Source: an uncultured Gammaproteobacteria bacterium (lineage in GTDB: Bacteria > Patescibacteriota > Patescibacteriia > Magasanikbacterales > GWA2-37-8). Taken from it: 64,000 bases of DNA. This document shows, piece after piece, positions 1-10,192 of this stretch (the first letter of the stretch is position 1; every line of letters starts with the position of its first letter). The translations under genes were made by a program, and so were the position numbers. Location: positions 396,537 to 460,536 of the forward strand of contig CAYHBZ010000002.1 in assembly GCA_964355175.1 (NCBI GenBank), read 5' to 3'. The notes under the pieces were generated by a model. That model did no database searches. It had not been told where the DNA came from and saw nothing but the letters and a program-made list of their open reading frames with translations.

Positions 1-1
1 T

Positions 2-574
2 TTGGGTACTACATTATTACTCCTGTTTGTGGAATGGAGTTTTTCCTGGGGTCTGGTAGCTTTGATCTATCTGATTTTTCCGTTTATCAGTTTTTGGCTG
101 TTACCGTCCAAGAGCCAGAACTTTTTGTCTTTTGTGCAAAAACCATATCGTCGTTGGCGATTTTGGATTACCTCTTTTGGGCTATATGGTATTTGGACCG
201 GCATATTTGCTTCGGTTTCTTTGCAGATTTTAAATATAAATTTTTGGTGGTTGTTAATTTCTGGCGCTGCCTTTACCGCCATAGTAAGTATGTGGTGGTG
301 GAAAGAGTATGGCATTGAGATGAAAGATAAATTGTGGTGGTGGGTCCTGGCAATCGGGGTATTCCTGTTGGAAATTTCCTGGGTTTTGTATTTATGGCCA
401 TTGGGATATTTTGTCAGCGCGCTGATGCTGGTGTGGCTGTGGTATGATATTTGGTTGATGGGCCGTTTTTATTTATTGCCAGCGGGCATTAATTGGAAGA
501 AACAAATTTCATTTTTCATTAGTAACGGGTTGTTGCTCTTGATTTTTTTGGCATTAATTGTTAAATGGAAGTAG
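2..574 (+). CDS. Trp-rich polytopic membrane protein, 5' partial at the window edge
   Basis: Long ORF running off the window edge. Several hydrophobic segments rich in W, L and F. No recognisable family. Confidence 0.45.
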   Translation: MGTTLLLLFVEWSFSWGLVALIYLIFPFISFWLLPSKSQNFLSFVQKPYRRWRFWITSFGLYGIWTGIFASVSLQILNINFWWLLISGAAFTAIVSMWWWKEYGIEMKDKLWWWVLAIGVFLLEISWVLYLWPLGYFVSALMLVWLWYDIWLMGRFYLLPAGINWKKQISFFISNGLLLLIFLALIVKWK

Positions 575-607
575 TATCTTGAATCAACATTAGAAATTAT
601 AAATTTT

Positions 608-1669
608 ATGACCATCCCTCCACACATTCCCGCACCTAGTTGCAATATCTCTACTCACAAACAATGGCAGAATATCAGGGTCCTATTGTTGGCCGTAATT
701 TTCGGTTTGTTTGCTGGACTCACCGGAGCCGCTATTATGCTTGGTTGGATCTGGCCTAGTATTGGGGTGGGAGAAAGTTGGATTGGGACTTCTGATAATT
801 TGGTATCTTCTCGTGACACTCTGTCCGATAATGTGCGCGCCGAGAGTGAAGATCGTTTGGGCACGGTCTATCGTGAGGTGGCCAGTAGCGGCGGACTGAA
901 TTATCTCAGTAATGACAAAAAAATCGGTGAAGCGGTTTTTATTTCCAGTGATGGTTGGATGGCGATGTATTATCCAAATTTTGACGGTAATTATAAAAAT
1001 TGGAAAGTGCTTTTGAAAAACGGCGCTTATATGGGTGTGCAAAAAGCGCTCCATGATAGCTATACCAATTTGGTATATTTAAAAGTTGCGGCCACTCAGG
1101 CCGGCGCTCAATTCAAGGTGGCCAATTTTAATGATCAGCTAAAATCCGGACAGGATATGTTTATCCACACTTCGGTCAATTGGCGTCATAGTTTTTTTAA
1201 TGATTACTCTGCCCAGGCTTTTGTTTATCCGCATTTGGATACCGCTCCGAGTATAGTGCTCAAGCTCAATGACAGCTTTGAAACCGGTAGCTGGGTAGTA
1301 GACAGCAGCGGTAAATTTGTTGGAGTAATGGCCGGCGGCAATAATGTGTTGCCAAATAATTATCTGACTACGGTATTGTCGACAGTATTGAGCAATCAAA
1401 AAATATTTTATCGCACTTTGGGAGTAAGCGGTTGGTTTTCTATTGAACAGCCGATAGTGGTGGGCTCCGAACGCCTCAACGGTTTTGCCGTATCTAAAAT
1501 TATCAGTGCCAAGGAACTAAAAGTAGGGGATGTTATTATGTCTATAAACGGACAGCTAGTGTCGCCAGATAATTTGTGGTATAATATTAACAATTATCAA
1601 AGTGTTAAATTACAAGTTTGGCGCAAAGGTAAGCTAATCGAGTTAGTGGAAACTACTAAACAAATTTAG
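608..1669 (+). CDS. Membrane-anchored PDZ-domain protein, HtrA/S1C-like, with no clear catalytic triad
   Basis: N-terminal TM helix. The C-terminus reads 'VGDVIMSINGQLV...' like a PDZ domain. The central region is trypsin-fold-like, but the GDSGGP motif is degenerate (GSWVVDSSG). Confidence 0.4.
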   Translation: MTIPPHIPAPSCNISTHKQWQNIRVLLLAVIFGLFAGLTGAAIMLGWIWPSIGVGESWIGTSDNLVSSRDTLSDNVRAESEDRLGTVYREVASSGGLNYLSNDKKIGEAVFISSDGWMAMYYPNFDGNYKNWKVLLKNGAYMGVQKALHDSYTNLVYLKVAATQAGAQFKVANFNDQLKSGQDMFIHTSVNWRHSFFNDYSAQAFVYPHLDTAPSIVLKLNDSFETGSWVVDSSGKFVGVMAGGNNVLPNNYLTTVLSTVLSNQKIFYRTLGVSGWFSIEQPIVVGSERLNGFAVSKIISAKELKVGDVIMSINGQLVSPDNLWYNINNYQSVKLQVWRKGKLIELVETTKQI

Positions 1670-1690
1670 TTTTTAATTTTTTGCTTTTTT

Positions 1691-2296
1691 ATGTTTGAAA
1701 TTTTGAGCCGTAGTTTTAAATTGATTTTAACTTGGGGAATTTTGGCGGCGGTATTATCGGCTGGTATTAGTTTGCTTTTTCCTTGGAAATATAGCGCGGA
1801 AAGTCAGGTGCTGATTATTTCACGCGATCGTACTGGTGTAGATCCATATACTCAATCCAAATCGGCTGAACGCATCGGTGATAACCTCACTCAGGTAATG
1901 CAGACAGCTGATTTTATGCAGAAAGTGATGGAAACACCCAACACCGCTTTTGACAAATCCCGTTGGCAGAATATGACTGATCGCAAAATGCGTAAACAGT
2001 GGAAACAAGATGTAGTTGGAGAGATGCAGTATGGTAGTAGTATTATGAAAGTGACTGTATATAGTACCAAAGATGATGTGTTGCCTTTGGCCAATTCGGT
2101 CACCGGTGCTGTGGTCACTCATGGTTGGGAATATGTCGGCGGTGATGTGGCTCTAAAAACTGTCAGCGCGCCACTCGTGTCCCGTTGGATTGCGAAACCA
2201 AATATTATTTTGAATGGACTTCTTGGATTTTTGGCCGGTGTAATTTTATCTTCGGCCTGGGTTATTAAATATCAGCGCCATTTGTTTGGCCGTTAA
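1691..2296 (+). CDS. Wzz/Cap8A-like polysaccharide chain-length determinant protein
   Basis: TM helices at the N- and C-termini flank a soluble domain, which is the typical Wzz topology. Lies next to the glycan genes. Confidence 0.45.
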   Translation: MFEILSRSFKLILTWGILAAVLSAGISLLFPWKYSAESQVLIISRDRTGVDPYTQSKSAERIGDNLTQVMQTADFMQKVMETPNTAFDKSRWQNMTDRKMRKQWKQDVVGEMQYGSSIMKVTVYSTKDDVLPLANSVTGAVVTHGWEYVGGDVALKTVSAPLVSRWIAKPNIILNGLLGFLAGVILSSAWVIKYQRHLFGR

Positions 2297-2636
2297 TTTA
2301 AATTATTTTATGACGGACCAGAATATCTCAAACGAACAATCCGACGCGCAATTATTGGGCGCCAAGCTTGGTTTATTTATTTCCTCAATGCCAATTGACG
2401 ACGCGGCCAAAGCTTCGATGGTAGAAGCGGCTCTTTTGATGAATGAACAAGAATTGACGGAATTCGTCAGCGCGCTCGAAACCCAATATGCTACTTTCAA
2501 AACCGAGGGTTTTAAAGAAGAATTAAAACAAAATTTGTCGGGAGTAAAGAATAAATTTGATGCCAAACGAGAAGCTCTGAAGAAAGAAGCTTTGGCCGAG
2601 ATGTCCGATTTGGAAAAAGAATTGGATAACTTATAA
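2286..2636 (+). CDS. Hypothetical protein
   Basis: ORF only. Acidic and helical. The start is probably the internal Met near 2310. Confidence 0.3.
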   Translation: MAVNLNYFMTDQNISNEQSDAQLLGAKLGLFISSMPIDDAAKASMVEAALLMNEQELTEFVSALETQYATFKTEGFKEELKQNLSGVKNKFDAKREALKKEALAEMSDLEKELDNL

Positions 2637-2642
2637 ATTTTT

Positions 2643-2834
2643 ATGGAGGAAAATGTTGATCAAACTAAAAAAGATTCCGACGAGCGTTACCAAAAGTTGG
2701 TACAAGCTTTTTTGGCGGTAGAGCAGGAATTAGATCAACTCAAATCCGAAGGTTTTAATATCAAACACGATATATTTAAAGCAATCGATCACAACAAAAA
2801 GAAAAAAATAATAGACTTCATAAGTAAATTATAA
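2643..2834 (+). CDS. Small coiled-coil hypothetical protein
   Basis: 63 aa ORF directly upstream of the giant gene. Charged, helical composition. Confidence 0.3.
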   Translation: MEENVDQTKKDSDERYQKLVQAFLAVEQELDQLKSEGFNIKHDIFKAIDHNKKKKIIDFISKL

Positions 2835-2838
2835 TTTT

Positions 2839-5800
2839 ATGGCTAGAAGTAATGCGGCCAAAAACCCCGCGCTCGAAACAGCAACGCCACCAGTGGTGCT
2901 GGTGGAAGACCTAAAAGAAAAGGAAATAAAACAAAAAAAAGAAATGAAGTTGGAAAAGATTGAGAGTGTCTTTGACGCGGCGAAGGAAAGGGTGAAAGGA
3001 AAAGAAGACCACCTGGCGGCGATGCACGCGGAATTGGTAGGTTTGCTTAATCAGATCCCGGATAAGGAAAATGGGGATTTTACGGTGCGATTACATAGAT
3101 TCGCGGATAGATTTGGAACTATTAAAAACCATTTAGATAATATGGTAGCCGAAAGCCAATTGCCGGAATTGGAATCGGGTGCTTTTGCGCCAGTGGATGC
3201 GACGGAGTCGTCGCCGGTGTCAAAGAGCAATAGTCATATTTCGGAATTAAAAAATTTCAAAGATACTAGTGGTGCTATTTTAAATGGGGCTGTAAATGAA
3301 AAAATAAAAGATAAACCGATTTTTCGCGGCAGCATGGTGTTTAAAAATGGTGACCATTATGTTGGTTTCTCTATTCTCTCAGCTGACGGATCTTATAAAT
3401 TTCACGGTGAAGGTTCTCTAGAAAAGGATGGGGGTAAGATGGCGCTTGAAGGTTTTTTTCAAAATGGCAAATTAAAAAATGGCCATCTGATTGAAAAATT
3501 AGCAGATGGTAGAACAAGAGTGGTATTTGCTGAAAATGAAAAAGCTGCGCGAGTTGAAACTGGATATTTTAATAGCAACAATCAGTTGGAAGGAGTGGGA
3601 GAAATTATTGATCAAAAACACGGTGTTAAAGAGCGTGGAGATTTTGTGAACGGCGAGCTTCGTGATGGTTATGTGGTAGATCTGATAAGCGGTAAACCGT
3701 TGGAAAAATGGGAAAATGGCAAACAAGTCGAAGCGGGAGAAAATTTACCAGCCGAAATCACTAATTCGGAAAAAAGTTTTGACAGAAGACTGGCTGCCAG
3801 AGAAAAAGAAAGAGAAATCAAAGTCGAAGAAGTTTTTGAAGCAGTCTCCGGTCTAGATGGTTTGGTAAACTTTGAGGATGTTTCCAATCAGGTTTTAAAT
3901 GGGAAAATCACTCACACGCCTAAAAGCGAACATATTTTTGACGGAGAAATAAAATCCGACAGTAGAGGCTATAAATACCAAGGCCAGGCTATTTTGGAAA
4001 GTGACGGTGTTTTCAGATTCCACGGCCAAGGAAAGCGTACCGCTGAGATGGCTTATGCAGGAAAGGTAGAACAGGAAGGTGAATTTTCCTATGGAACTTT
4101 TTTGAACGGTGTAGGAATATATACTGGCCAAGATATGGGCTACGGTGCAGATAAAGTTACAGAAAAAATGGAAAATGGCAAGACTGTAGAAAGAGTATTT
4201 TATCTTGAAAAATACAAAGATAAAAAGGATGTATTATTTGCCGGTCAGATGTTTGAAAAAGAATTTTCCAAAGACAATCTATATGTCGGTGAATTCACTA
4301 TGCCTAATGGCTCCGTATATAAAGGAGAGGCCTTTAAAAATAAAAAAGGTCAATTTGAATTGGTGAGCGGAAAGTCAGAGAGAATAAAATCCGCTACAGT
4401 GATAGATAAGTTTAAAGATTTATTTAGATTTGGTAGAAATAAAAAAGAAGAATCAAAATTAGCTACAGCCGAAGTTCAATCGGAAGTTGAGGCAGAAGCA
4501 GAACAGGCTCCGGAAGTTGTGGGCGAACAAGCGTTTCTTCTCGTCACTCCTGGAGGAGAAAATTACGCACTTAAAGGTATCGCCACTGATCAATCCGACG
4601 GCAGTAGGAAATTTAATGGAGAAATAAAAAATATTGATAACGGTGGTGAAGAGACTGGCTTCCAATATTCTGGTGAAGCAATTCTTTCTAGTAACAATGA
4701 AATAACTTTTCATGGCAAAGGAAAAAAGAGTGGCGCCTTTTTTGATGAAACCGGTGAATGGAATATGGGTGAGTTGGAAAATGGTGAAATCCATTCTAAA
4801 GATGGAGAACTTTTGAAAAAATATGTAAATGGACAAGAGGTGGCCGTGACCAAACCAGCTGAGAAGTCCAAAGAAAAAAGTTGGATCGGTAAAAAGTTGG
4901 AATCAGCCAAAGAGTCTGTAGCTTCCGCGTACAATTTTGTCACTACCAAAGAAGGAGCAAGGTTATCCAACCAAGCGGCCTATAAAATTGCCACTGGTTT
5001 TGTTGGTATTAAAATTGGAACGGATATAGCTTTGGCGGCCTATGCTGGCGCTTTGAATAAAGTTGGTGAAAAGGATTGGTTTTCGGAAGCTTTTAAAAAA
5101 CGATTGAAAGAGGAAGCGGCTGTAGCCGGAGAGTATAGTGATGTCTATAAACATCTGGGTGGTAGGGAGCAGATAGCTGCTATCAAAGCTGGATTTGCCG
5201 AATTTATGTCGGCCGTAAATCCAGAAGAAAATGAGAATGTGGAATTGAATCTGGTAGACGAGAAATATTCCGCTCTCAAAGCAAAAATCGAATCCTCCAA
5301 TAGAATCAACCAAGAAGCCAAAGGAAAATTTTTGGCTAAATTGGAAGAGATAAACCAAAAATTTGATCACAGAAATGAAAAGTTGGATGAACAGGAAGTG
5401 GCGGAAGCTAGCGCTTATATGAAAGCCTATATCGTAAATGATACGGCTGCTATGCAGATTGCCAGAGATAGTATCAGTGGCGTGGCCAAAGCGGTGATGG
5501 TTGGTGCCAGTGGCGGTAGCAGTCTTCTTTTGGCAGGAGCTATCGGCAGGGTGATGGGTATGGCCACTACCAAAGTAGTGGAGCGTGCGCAAAAAAGCCG
5601 CAGATTCAATGAACAAGCGGCATTGGAAAACAAAAAGACATTTAACGCCGCCGAGGATATCAAAGCCGCTTTGCTTGAGACAATGCACGGTTTGACTTTT
5701 AGTAAATTTAACGCGGGTAAAGATGTAAAGACCGGCAAAGATCTGGACAAGAAAGCTCTCTTTGCCAATTTTGCTAAATCGTTTGGTAATGTATTGATAA

Positions 5801-7815
5801 GCGCCGGTGTGGTGCTTGGTTTGGAAGGCAAGACTATCGGCAGTGCAATAAATGAGCTTGTCCATAAAATTTCCGGAGATGGATCAAATGCGGAATTTGG
5901 TCGTCAGATGGCGCAAAATGTTTCAGCCAAGGTTGCGGAAGCTAAAGGTGTAAATCTGGGTAAAATACCAGATAATGCTCCGGTCGCTGCCGCAATTGCC
6001 GCCGCCGAAGCCAAAGCAGCTGCTGTGGCAGCGGGCACAGCTTCAGATCATGTAGCGTCCAATGGTTTGGAAAACTCCGCCGATACCGGCGCTGGTGAAA
6101 ATTCAGCTTTGGAGACTTTCTACCAAGAGCATCCAAAATTATCGAGTGATGCCAAAGCTTTTTTTGATGATCTTGTAAAACAACATACTAAATTAAACAA
6201 TCCTGATTTTCTCAAAAAACTTTGGGAAGTTTCTGGTAATTCTAAATCTTCGCTTGATATCACCGGTGCCAAAGTACAGACCGCTATTTTCACCGAGATT
6301 ATTCACAGTGAGGGCAAGGAAGCGGCCGTAGCTTATTTGAAAGATGAAACTCATTTGCACGGTTTGGCTTTGCAAAAATTAGGAAAAGATGGCGTTGAAG
6401 CTTTTGTGGAAAGATATCTCAAAGGTGATGCTGGTGTGCAAGCCAAGTTGGAAAATAAATTATATGGGGCCATGAAAGCTGATATTGATACCGATCTTAC
6501 AAACAAAGGTTTTATCCAGAGACACGGTGATGGATCGGTTCGGGATGTCGGTGCGGCTAAAGGCCGACATTTCTTTGGGGTTGGTAAAGACGGCAAGCCT
6601 GTATTAGACGATGGTAAGGTTTCTAGGTTTACCCATCACAGCCCTGAACATTCGGTGGCCGGAAGTGGTAAAACAGCTTTGGACAAAATAGTATCCGGTG
6701 AAAAGTTACCTAAAGTTGGTTTACATGAACAAAAAATTGGCATTGGTCCAAATATTCAAAAAGGAATTCCAACTGGTTGGGCCGCCGCTAGTGAAGCAGG
6801 TCCAAAAGGGCAGGCTATGGTAAATGGTTTTATGGATGAACAGGGCCATGGAAGATTTTTAATTCATTCTACTGATCCTGGATCAGAATTTGATGTGGAT
6901 AGAGACATGCGCATGGTGGATTCTAATAGCGGCAAAATTTTTGATCTCGATGGAAATCATGTCGGTTATCTAAATGCTCCGATGGCAGAGAATACTCCAA
7001 CACCAGTGTCCGCAACTCCAGGCAGAGCTAGTTGGTCTAGTGGTGGAAATGGTTCTGAAAAAGGTAACGCCACCCAAAATGTAGTCAGAGCAGAAAGATC
7101 TGTTGATCACGGCGGCGGCGGTGCTCCGAAAGAACAAGCGGTAGTAGCTCCTGCAGAACAAGAACCTGCTCCAGAAGAGAAGAAGCCAGTTCGAGAAACA
7201 AGAGCACAAGTAAAAGCTCCCGGTATTGAAGACATGCTAAAAGCCGAACAAACTCTACAAGAAGATATGAAAGTTGGTAAATCCGTGGAGGCTGAACCTG
7301 TTCCGGTGGTAAAAGAAATTACTTCATTGGAGGATGGGCGTGAGGCGATTGCGGCTTTAGAATATTTGGACGGCGAAGAAAAAACTCGTTTGAGTAATTT
7401 TAGTTACTTACTCCAATGGCAACATGATCTCTATGGTCAAAACGGTTCAACTTTGCGCAACATGCTGGAAGGACAGGATGCGTTTGGTACTCTTGGTAAA
7501 GATCAGATCAATAGTATGATGGCCGAGTTGGCTCATAATAATGAACTGGCCAGTCGAGAGTTTATGAGAGCAGTATCAGATCATCAGCCGTATGATAAAA
7601 TTATAGAAAAATTGAATGATAAGATGCCTGGTTACGCGATGTTCCATGATGAGGATAATGCCGGCTTTGTCGATAAGATTATAAAAACGGATCTTTCGCA
7701 AAATGCAGGCGAAAATAAGGCCGCTTTTAGAGATTTGGAACTGGCAAGAGTGAAAGAAATGGTGGATCAGGCCGAGGTAAACAAGCTAATGCAGGCTCGA
7801 CAGGCAAAAAGATAA
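2839..7815 (+). CDS. Giant (1658 aa) protein with MORN-like repeats, coiled-coil and Ala/Gly-rich segments
   Basis: Uninterrupted 5 kb ORF. Repeated 'YxGxfxnGkxhGxGxx' units (e.g. YVGEFTMPNGSVYKGEAF) between about 3.3 and 4.7 kb. Hairpin/U-tract terminator at 7842-7870. Confidence 0.6.
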   Translation: MARSNAAKNPALETATPPVVLVEDLKEKEIKQKKEMKLEKIESVFDAAKERVKGKEDHLAAMHAELVGLLNQIPDKENGDFTVRLHRFADRFGTIKNHLDNMVAESQLPELESGAFAPVDATESSPVSKSNSHISELKNFKDTSGAILNGAVNEKIKDKPIFRGSMVFKNGDHYVGFSILSADGSYKFHGEGSLEKDGGKMALEGFFQNGKLKNGHLIEKLADGRTRVVFAENEKAARVETGYFNSNNQLEGVGEIIDQKHGVKERGDFVNGELRDGYVVDLISGKPLEKWENGKQVEAGENLPAEITNSEKSFDRRLAAREKEREIKVEEVFEAVSGLDGLVNFEDVSNQVLNGKITHTPKSEHIFDGEIKSDSRGYKYQGQAILESDGVFRFHGQGKRTAEMAYAGKVEQEGEFSYGTFLNGVGIYTGQDMGYGADKVTEKMENGKTVERVFYLEKYKDKKDVLFAGQMFEKEFSKDNLYVGEFTMPNGSVYKGEAFKNKKGQFELVSGKSERIKSATVIDKFKDLFRFGRNKKEESKLATAEVQSEVEAEAEQAPEVVGEQAFLLVTPGGENYALKGIATDQSDGSRKFNGEIKNIDNGGEETGFQYSGEAILSSNNEITFHGKGKKSGAFFDETGEWNMGELENGEIHSKDGELLKKYVNGQEVAVTKPAEKSKEKSWIGKKLESAKESVASAYNFVTTKEGARLSNQAAYKIATGFVGIKIGTDIALAAYAGALNKVGEKDWFSEAFKKRLKEEAAVAGEYSDVYKHLGGREQIAAIKAGFAEFMSAVNPEENENVELNLVDEKYSALKAKIESSNRINQEAKGKFLAKLEEINQKFDHRNEKLDEQEVAEASAYMKAYIVNDTAAMQIARDSISGVAKAVMVGASGGSSLLLAGAIGRVMGMATTKVVERAQKSRRFNEQAALENKKTFNAAEDIKAALLETMHGLTFSKFNAGKDVKTGKDLDKKALFANFAKSFGNVLISAGVVLGLEGKTIGSAINELVHKISGDGSNAEFGRQMAQNVSAKVAEAKGVNLGKIPDNAPVAAAIAAAEAKAAAVAAGTASDHVASNGLENSADTGAGENSALETFYQEHPKLSSDAKAFFDDLVKQHTKLNNPDFLKKLWEVSGNSKSSLDITGAKVQTAIFTEIIHSEGKEAAVAYLKDETHLHGLALQKLGKDGVEAFVERYLKGDAGVQAKLENKLYGAMKADIDTDLTNKGFIQRHGDGSVRDVGAAKGRHFFGVGKDGKPVLDDGKVSRFTHHSPEHSVAGSGKTALDKIVSGEKLPKVGLHEQKIGIGPNIQKGIPTGWAAASEAGPKGQAMVNGFMDEQGHGRFLIHSTDPGSEFDVDRDMRMVDSNSGKIFDLDGNHVGYLNAPMAENTPTPVSATPGRASWSSGGNGSEKGNATQNVVRAERSVDHGGGGAPKEQAVVAPAEQEPAPEEKKPVRETRAQVKAPGIEDMLKAEQTLQEDMKVGKSVEAEPVPVVKEITSLEDGREAIAALEYLDGEEKTRLSNFSYLLQWQHDLYGQNGSTLRNMLEGQDAFGTLGKDQINSMMAELAHNNELASREFMRAVSDHQPYDKIIEKLNDKMPGYAMFHDEDNAGFVDKIIKTDLSQNAGENKAAFRDLELARVKEMVDQAEVNKLMQARQAKR

Positions 7816-7841
7816 AAAATCTATATTGTAGTAATCATAGT

Positions 7842-7870
7842 AAAATCCCCTAATGTAGGGGATTTTTATT
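7842..7870 (+). terminator. Rho-independent terminator for the giant ORF
   Basis: aaaatcccctaatgtaggggattttt, a perfect 9 bp stem followed by a U-tract. Confidence 0.6.
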
Positions 7871-7925
7871 ATTATATATTTTTGGCTAATTTTAGCCAAA
7901 ATAATTGATTTATTGGCCATACCCC

Positions 7926-7954
7926 TTGACAAAATTCGTAGATGGTGCTATACT
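7926..7954 (+). promoter_or_regulatory. Near-consensus sigma70 promoter (TTGACA-17-TATACT) with no adjacent CDS
   Basis: TTGACA at 7926-7931, a 17 nt spacer, TATACT at 7949-7954. Followed by about 100 nt of nested hairpins, then the first 12-mer repeat and the high-GC array. Confidence 0.5.
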
Positions 7955-8072
7955 AATCAGTTAAAATCAAATTTAACACCACGAATTATTGCGCCAGGTT
8001 TTGAGAGAGGCCCTAGCAATACATATAGACAGCTAGGTTAATTCTCTCTCAAAGGAGAATTTTTTACTTGTC

Positions 8073-8084
8073 GTTCTTTACAAT
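8073..8084 (+). repeat. 12 bp direct repeat GTTCTTTACAAT, copy 1, at the 5' boundary of high-GC cassette 1
   Basis: Exact 12-mer, also present at 8940-8951 and 10397-10408. Each copy lies 75-170 nt upstream of a high-GC ORF. Confidence 0.55.
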
Positions 8085-8245
8085 AAATAGTGCTGAGCCC
8101 ACATGAGATCAAGAATTTCTTGATTTGATGCGGGTTCAGTGCACACAGCATTGACGTCCTCCGCGATTTTGCGGATTCGTTCAGTGCTGCGTACTGCAGC
8201 CAGGTCACGCGCCCACCTCAGTGGCGTTTCGTTCAGGAGTTTCCG

Positions 8246-8779
8246 ATGACCACCGCAAAGCACCCCGATCCGAACCATCCGGACCCCGGCACCACCGAAG
8301 AGCCCGTCGTCGACAAGGCGAAGGGCGACACGGTGGTGACCACGACGACCACCACGAGCGTTTCGTCGGCCGAGCCCATCAAGGCAAAGCCGGTGGCGAC
8401 CACCGACACCACGGCTGGCAAGACGGCGACCCAAGAGCCCAAGAAGGGTGGCTGGCCGCTCGGGACCATCGCCGGAGCTGTCGTGCTCGGTCTTCTGCTC
8501 CTCGGCGGCGTCTACTGGTTCGGCAGCCACAACAGCAGCACGCCGGTCGTCCCGCCCATCGCGGTCGCCGGTTGCTGTCTTCCCCAGGCCACCGTCGCGA
8601 GCCCCTGCTGCCCGCAACCGCCGGCTCCGCCCCCGCCGCCCGCCCCCGTCGTCAAGAAGAAGACGGTCGGCGAGTGCGTCGCCCAAGCCGTCGCCGGCAT
8701 GGAGGTCGCCCATGAGGACGACCGCCTCGCCGCGATGGACGGCGCCCGCGAAGAATGCGAGGAAGAATACGGCAAGTAG
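8246..8779 (+). CDS. High-GC hypothetical bitopic membrane protein with a Thr-rich N-terminus, one TM helix and a Pro/Cys-rich C-terminus
   Basis: About 68% GC ORF with RBS 'aggag' 8 nt upstream and a GC-rich hairpin downstream. The overlapping minus-strand ORF is judged a GC-shadow ORF. Confidence 0.5.
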   Translation: MTTAKHPDPNHPDPGTTEEPVVDKAKGDTVVTTTTTTSVSSAEPIKAKPVATTDTTAGKTATQEPKKGGWPLGTIAGAVVLGLLLLGGVYWFGSHNSSTPVVPPIAVAGCCLPQATVASPCCPQPPAPPPPPAPVVKKKTVGECVAQAVAGMEVAHEDDRLAAMDGAREECEEEYGK

Positions 8780-8939
8780 CCGTTCCTGTCTCGCGTCGCT
8801 ATGTCGGTTCGGCGGGCCCTCAGCAATGAGGGTCCGCCGGCCGACTGGCTCGAATAGGACCTTTGTAGATTCCACTAGGGAAACTCCAAAGGTCCCCTAG
8901 ATTACATTCTTTTGGAAACAAGAGGATGTTGATAGGAAA

Positions 8940-8951
8940 AGTTCTTTACAA
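8940..8951 (+). repeat. GTTCTTTACAAT, copy 2, at the boundary between cassettes 1 and 2
   Basis: Exact 12-mer. Followed by an 8 bp inverted repeat, ttcccacc...ggtgggaa. Confidence 0.55.
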
Positions 8952-9196
8952 TTAAAACCAACAAAATTTTTTCCCACCTAAAAAGAATTATTATTTATAG
9001 TAATTCACTCTCGGTGGGAAAAAGTGTGGCGGAAATTCCGTTGCATAGCCTCCGACAGAGTCCCAATTGGGGCAAGTGCCCCGCGTGCGGGCTACTCTGT
9101 TACAGCGACCATTTCTGGGAAGCTGACCGAACGGCCCGCACGGCCGGTGTTCCAGTGTCTTGGTTTCGTGGGGTGAAAGTCCCCTGGAGTACAGCG

Positions 9197-10192
9197 ATGA
9201 ACAAGAATTCGAAGTTCCACAACCTCAGCATCTTGCTGACCCTGGCCATGGGGATCATGGTCGCTTCCAATTCCTACGCCGACGTGGCCACGGCTCGCGC
9301 TCGTGCCGAAGCCGCTCGTAGCCAGGCCAATCGGGCTGAGGTGAAAGCGGTCGACGCACAGACTGCGGCCAACGCGGCCAAGACCGGCGCCACCAACGCC
9401 CAGACCGCGGCCGATCAGGCCAAGGTCGAAGCGACCGCGGTGGGCACCAAGGCGGCCACTGACCTCGCTACGGCGATCCGCGCCCTCAACGGTGCGGTCG
9501 GCGGTGCGCGTGCGGCAGCGGTCAACGGTGATCGTCAGCTCGAGCGCAAGTTCAAGGCGGAGGCCGAGCGCCTTCAGACCGAGATCGAAGCGCTCAAGAA
9601 GCGGGCGCAGCACGAGTGTGCGGCGTTCGATGACAAGGGCAGCCAGGCGGCCTGTCTGACCATGCTCGAGAAGATCAACGCCAAGAACGGCGAAGTCACC
9701 ATGCACGGGCAAGACAAGGACACGGAGGTCCAGATCGCCAAGGTGGGACAGCAGTCCAAGGTGGTCCAGGAGATCTTCGACAACGCAAACCAAAACATGG
9801 ACGCCATCAAGGCGATCCAAATGGGTTGCGTCAACCAGGCCTTCGTCGACAAGGACGGCGTCAGCAAGAGCAAGTGGGAATGCCCCAAGGACATGAAGCG
9901 CGGCCCGCAGTTGCGCTACGAGCTCACGAACGTCTCGAAGTACGGCGACCACAGCGTCGTCATCGAGCCGGCCGAGAGCGGTGGCAATTCCAAGTGGGGC
10001 AAAGTGCTCGGCTTCGGCGCCATCGGTGGTGCTGCTGGCGGTGCTCTTGGCTGGGCCTTCTTCCCGAACCATGAAACCATGGAAGATGGCAGCGTCATGC
10101 ACCGGAATTACACCGGTCTCGTCGCTGGCACGGCCATCGGTTTCGTGGTCACGGCGGTGGCCACCCTGGTCATCGAAGAACTGACCGAATAG
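9197..10192 (+). CDS. High-GC secreted/membrane protein with a signal peptide, an Ala-rich helical region and a C-terminal TM anchor
   Basis: Start chosen at MNKNSKFHNLSILLTLAMGIMVASNSYA, a signal-peptide-like sequence. The ORF track begins at 9014. Gly-rich TM helix at the C-terminus. Confidence 0.5.
   Translation: MNKNSKFHNLSILLTLAMGIMVASNSYADVATARARAEAARSQANRAEVKAVDAQTAANAAKTGATNAQTAADQAKVEATAVGTKAATDLATAIRALNGAVGGARAAAVNGDRQLERKFKAEAERLQTEIEALKKRAQHECAAFDDKGSQAACLTMLEKINAKNGEVTMHGQDKDTEVQIAKVGQQSKVVQEIFDNANQNMDAIKAIQMGCVNQAFVDKDGVSKSKWECPKDMKRGPQLRYELTNVSKYGDHSVVIEPAESGGNSKWGKVLGFGAIGGAAGGALGWAFFPNHETMEDGSVMHRNYTGLVAGTAIGFVVTAVATLVIEELTE

Noticed and set aside
4963-5865. 300 aa minus-strand ORF inside the giant gene
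   Set aside because: Embedded antisense in a continuous 5 kb ORF. Low-complexity translation.
8078-8875. 265 aa minus-strand ORF covering high-GC island 1
   Set aside because: Typical GC-shadow ORF. It has no RBS or promoter, and its Arg/Gly/Ala-rich translation is low-complexity. The plus-strand ORF has an RBS and a TM helix.
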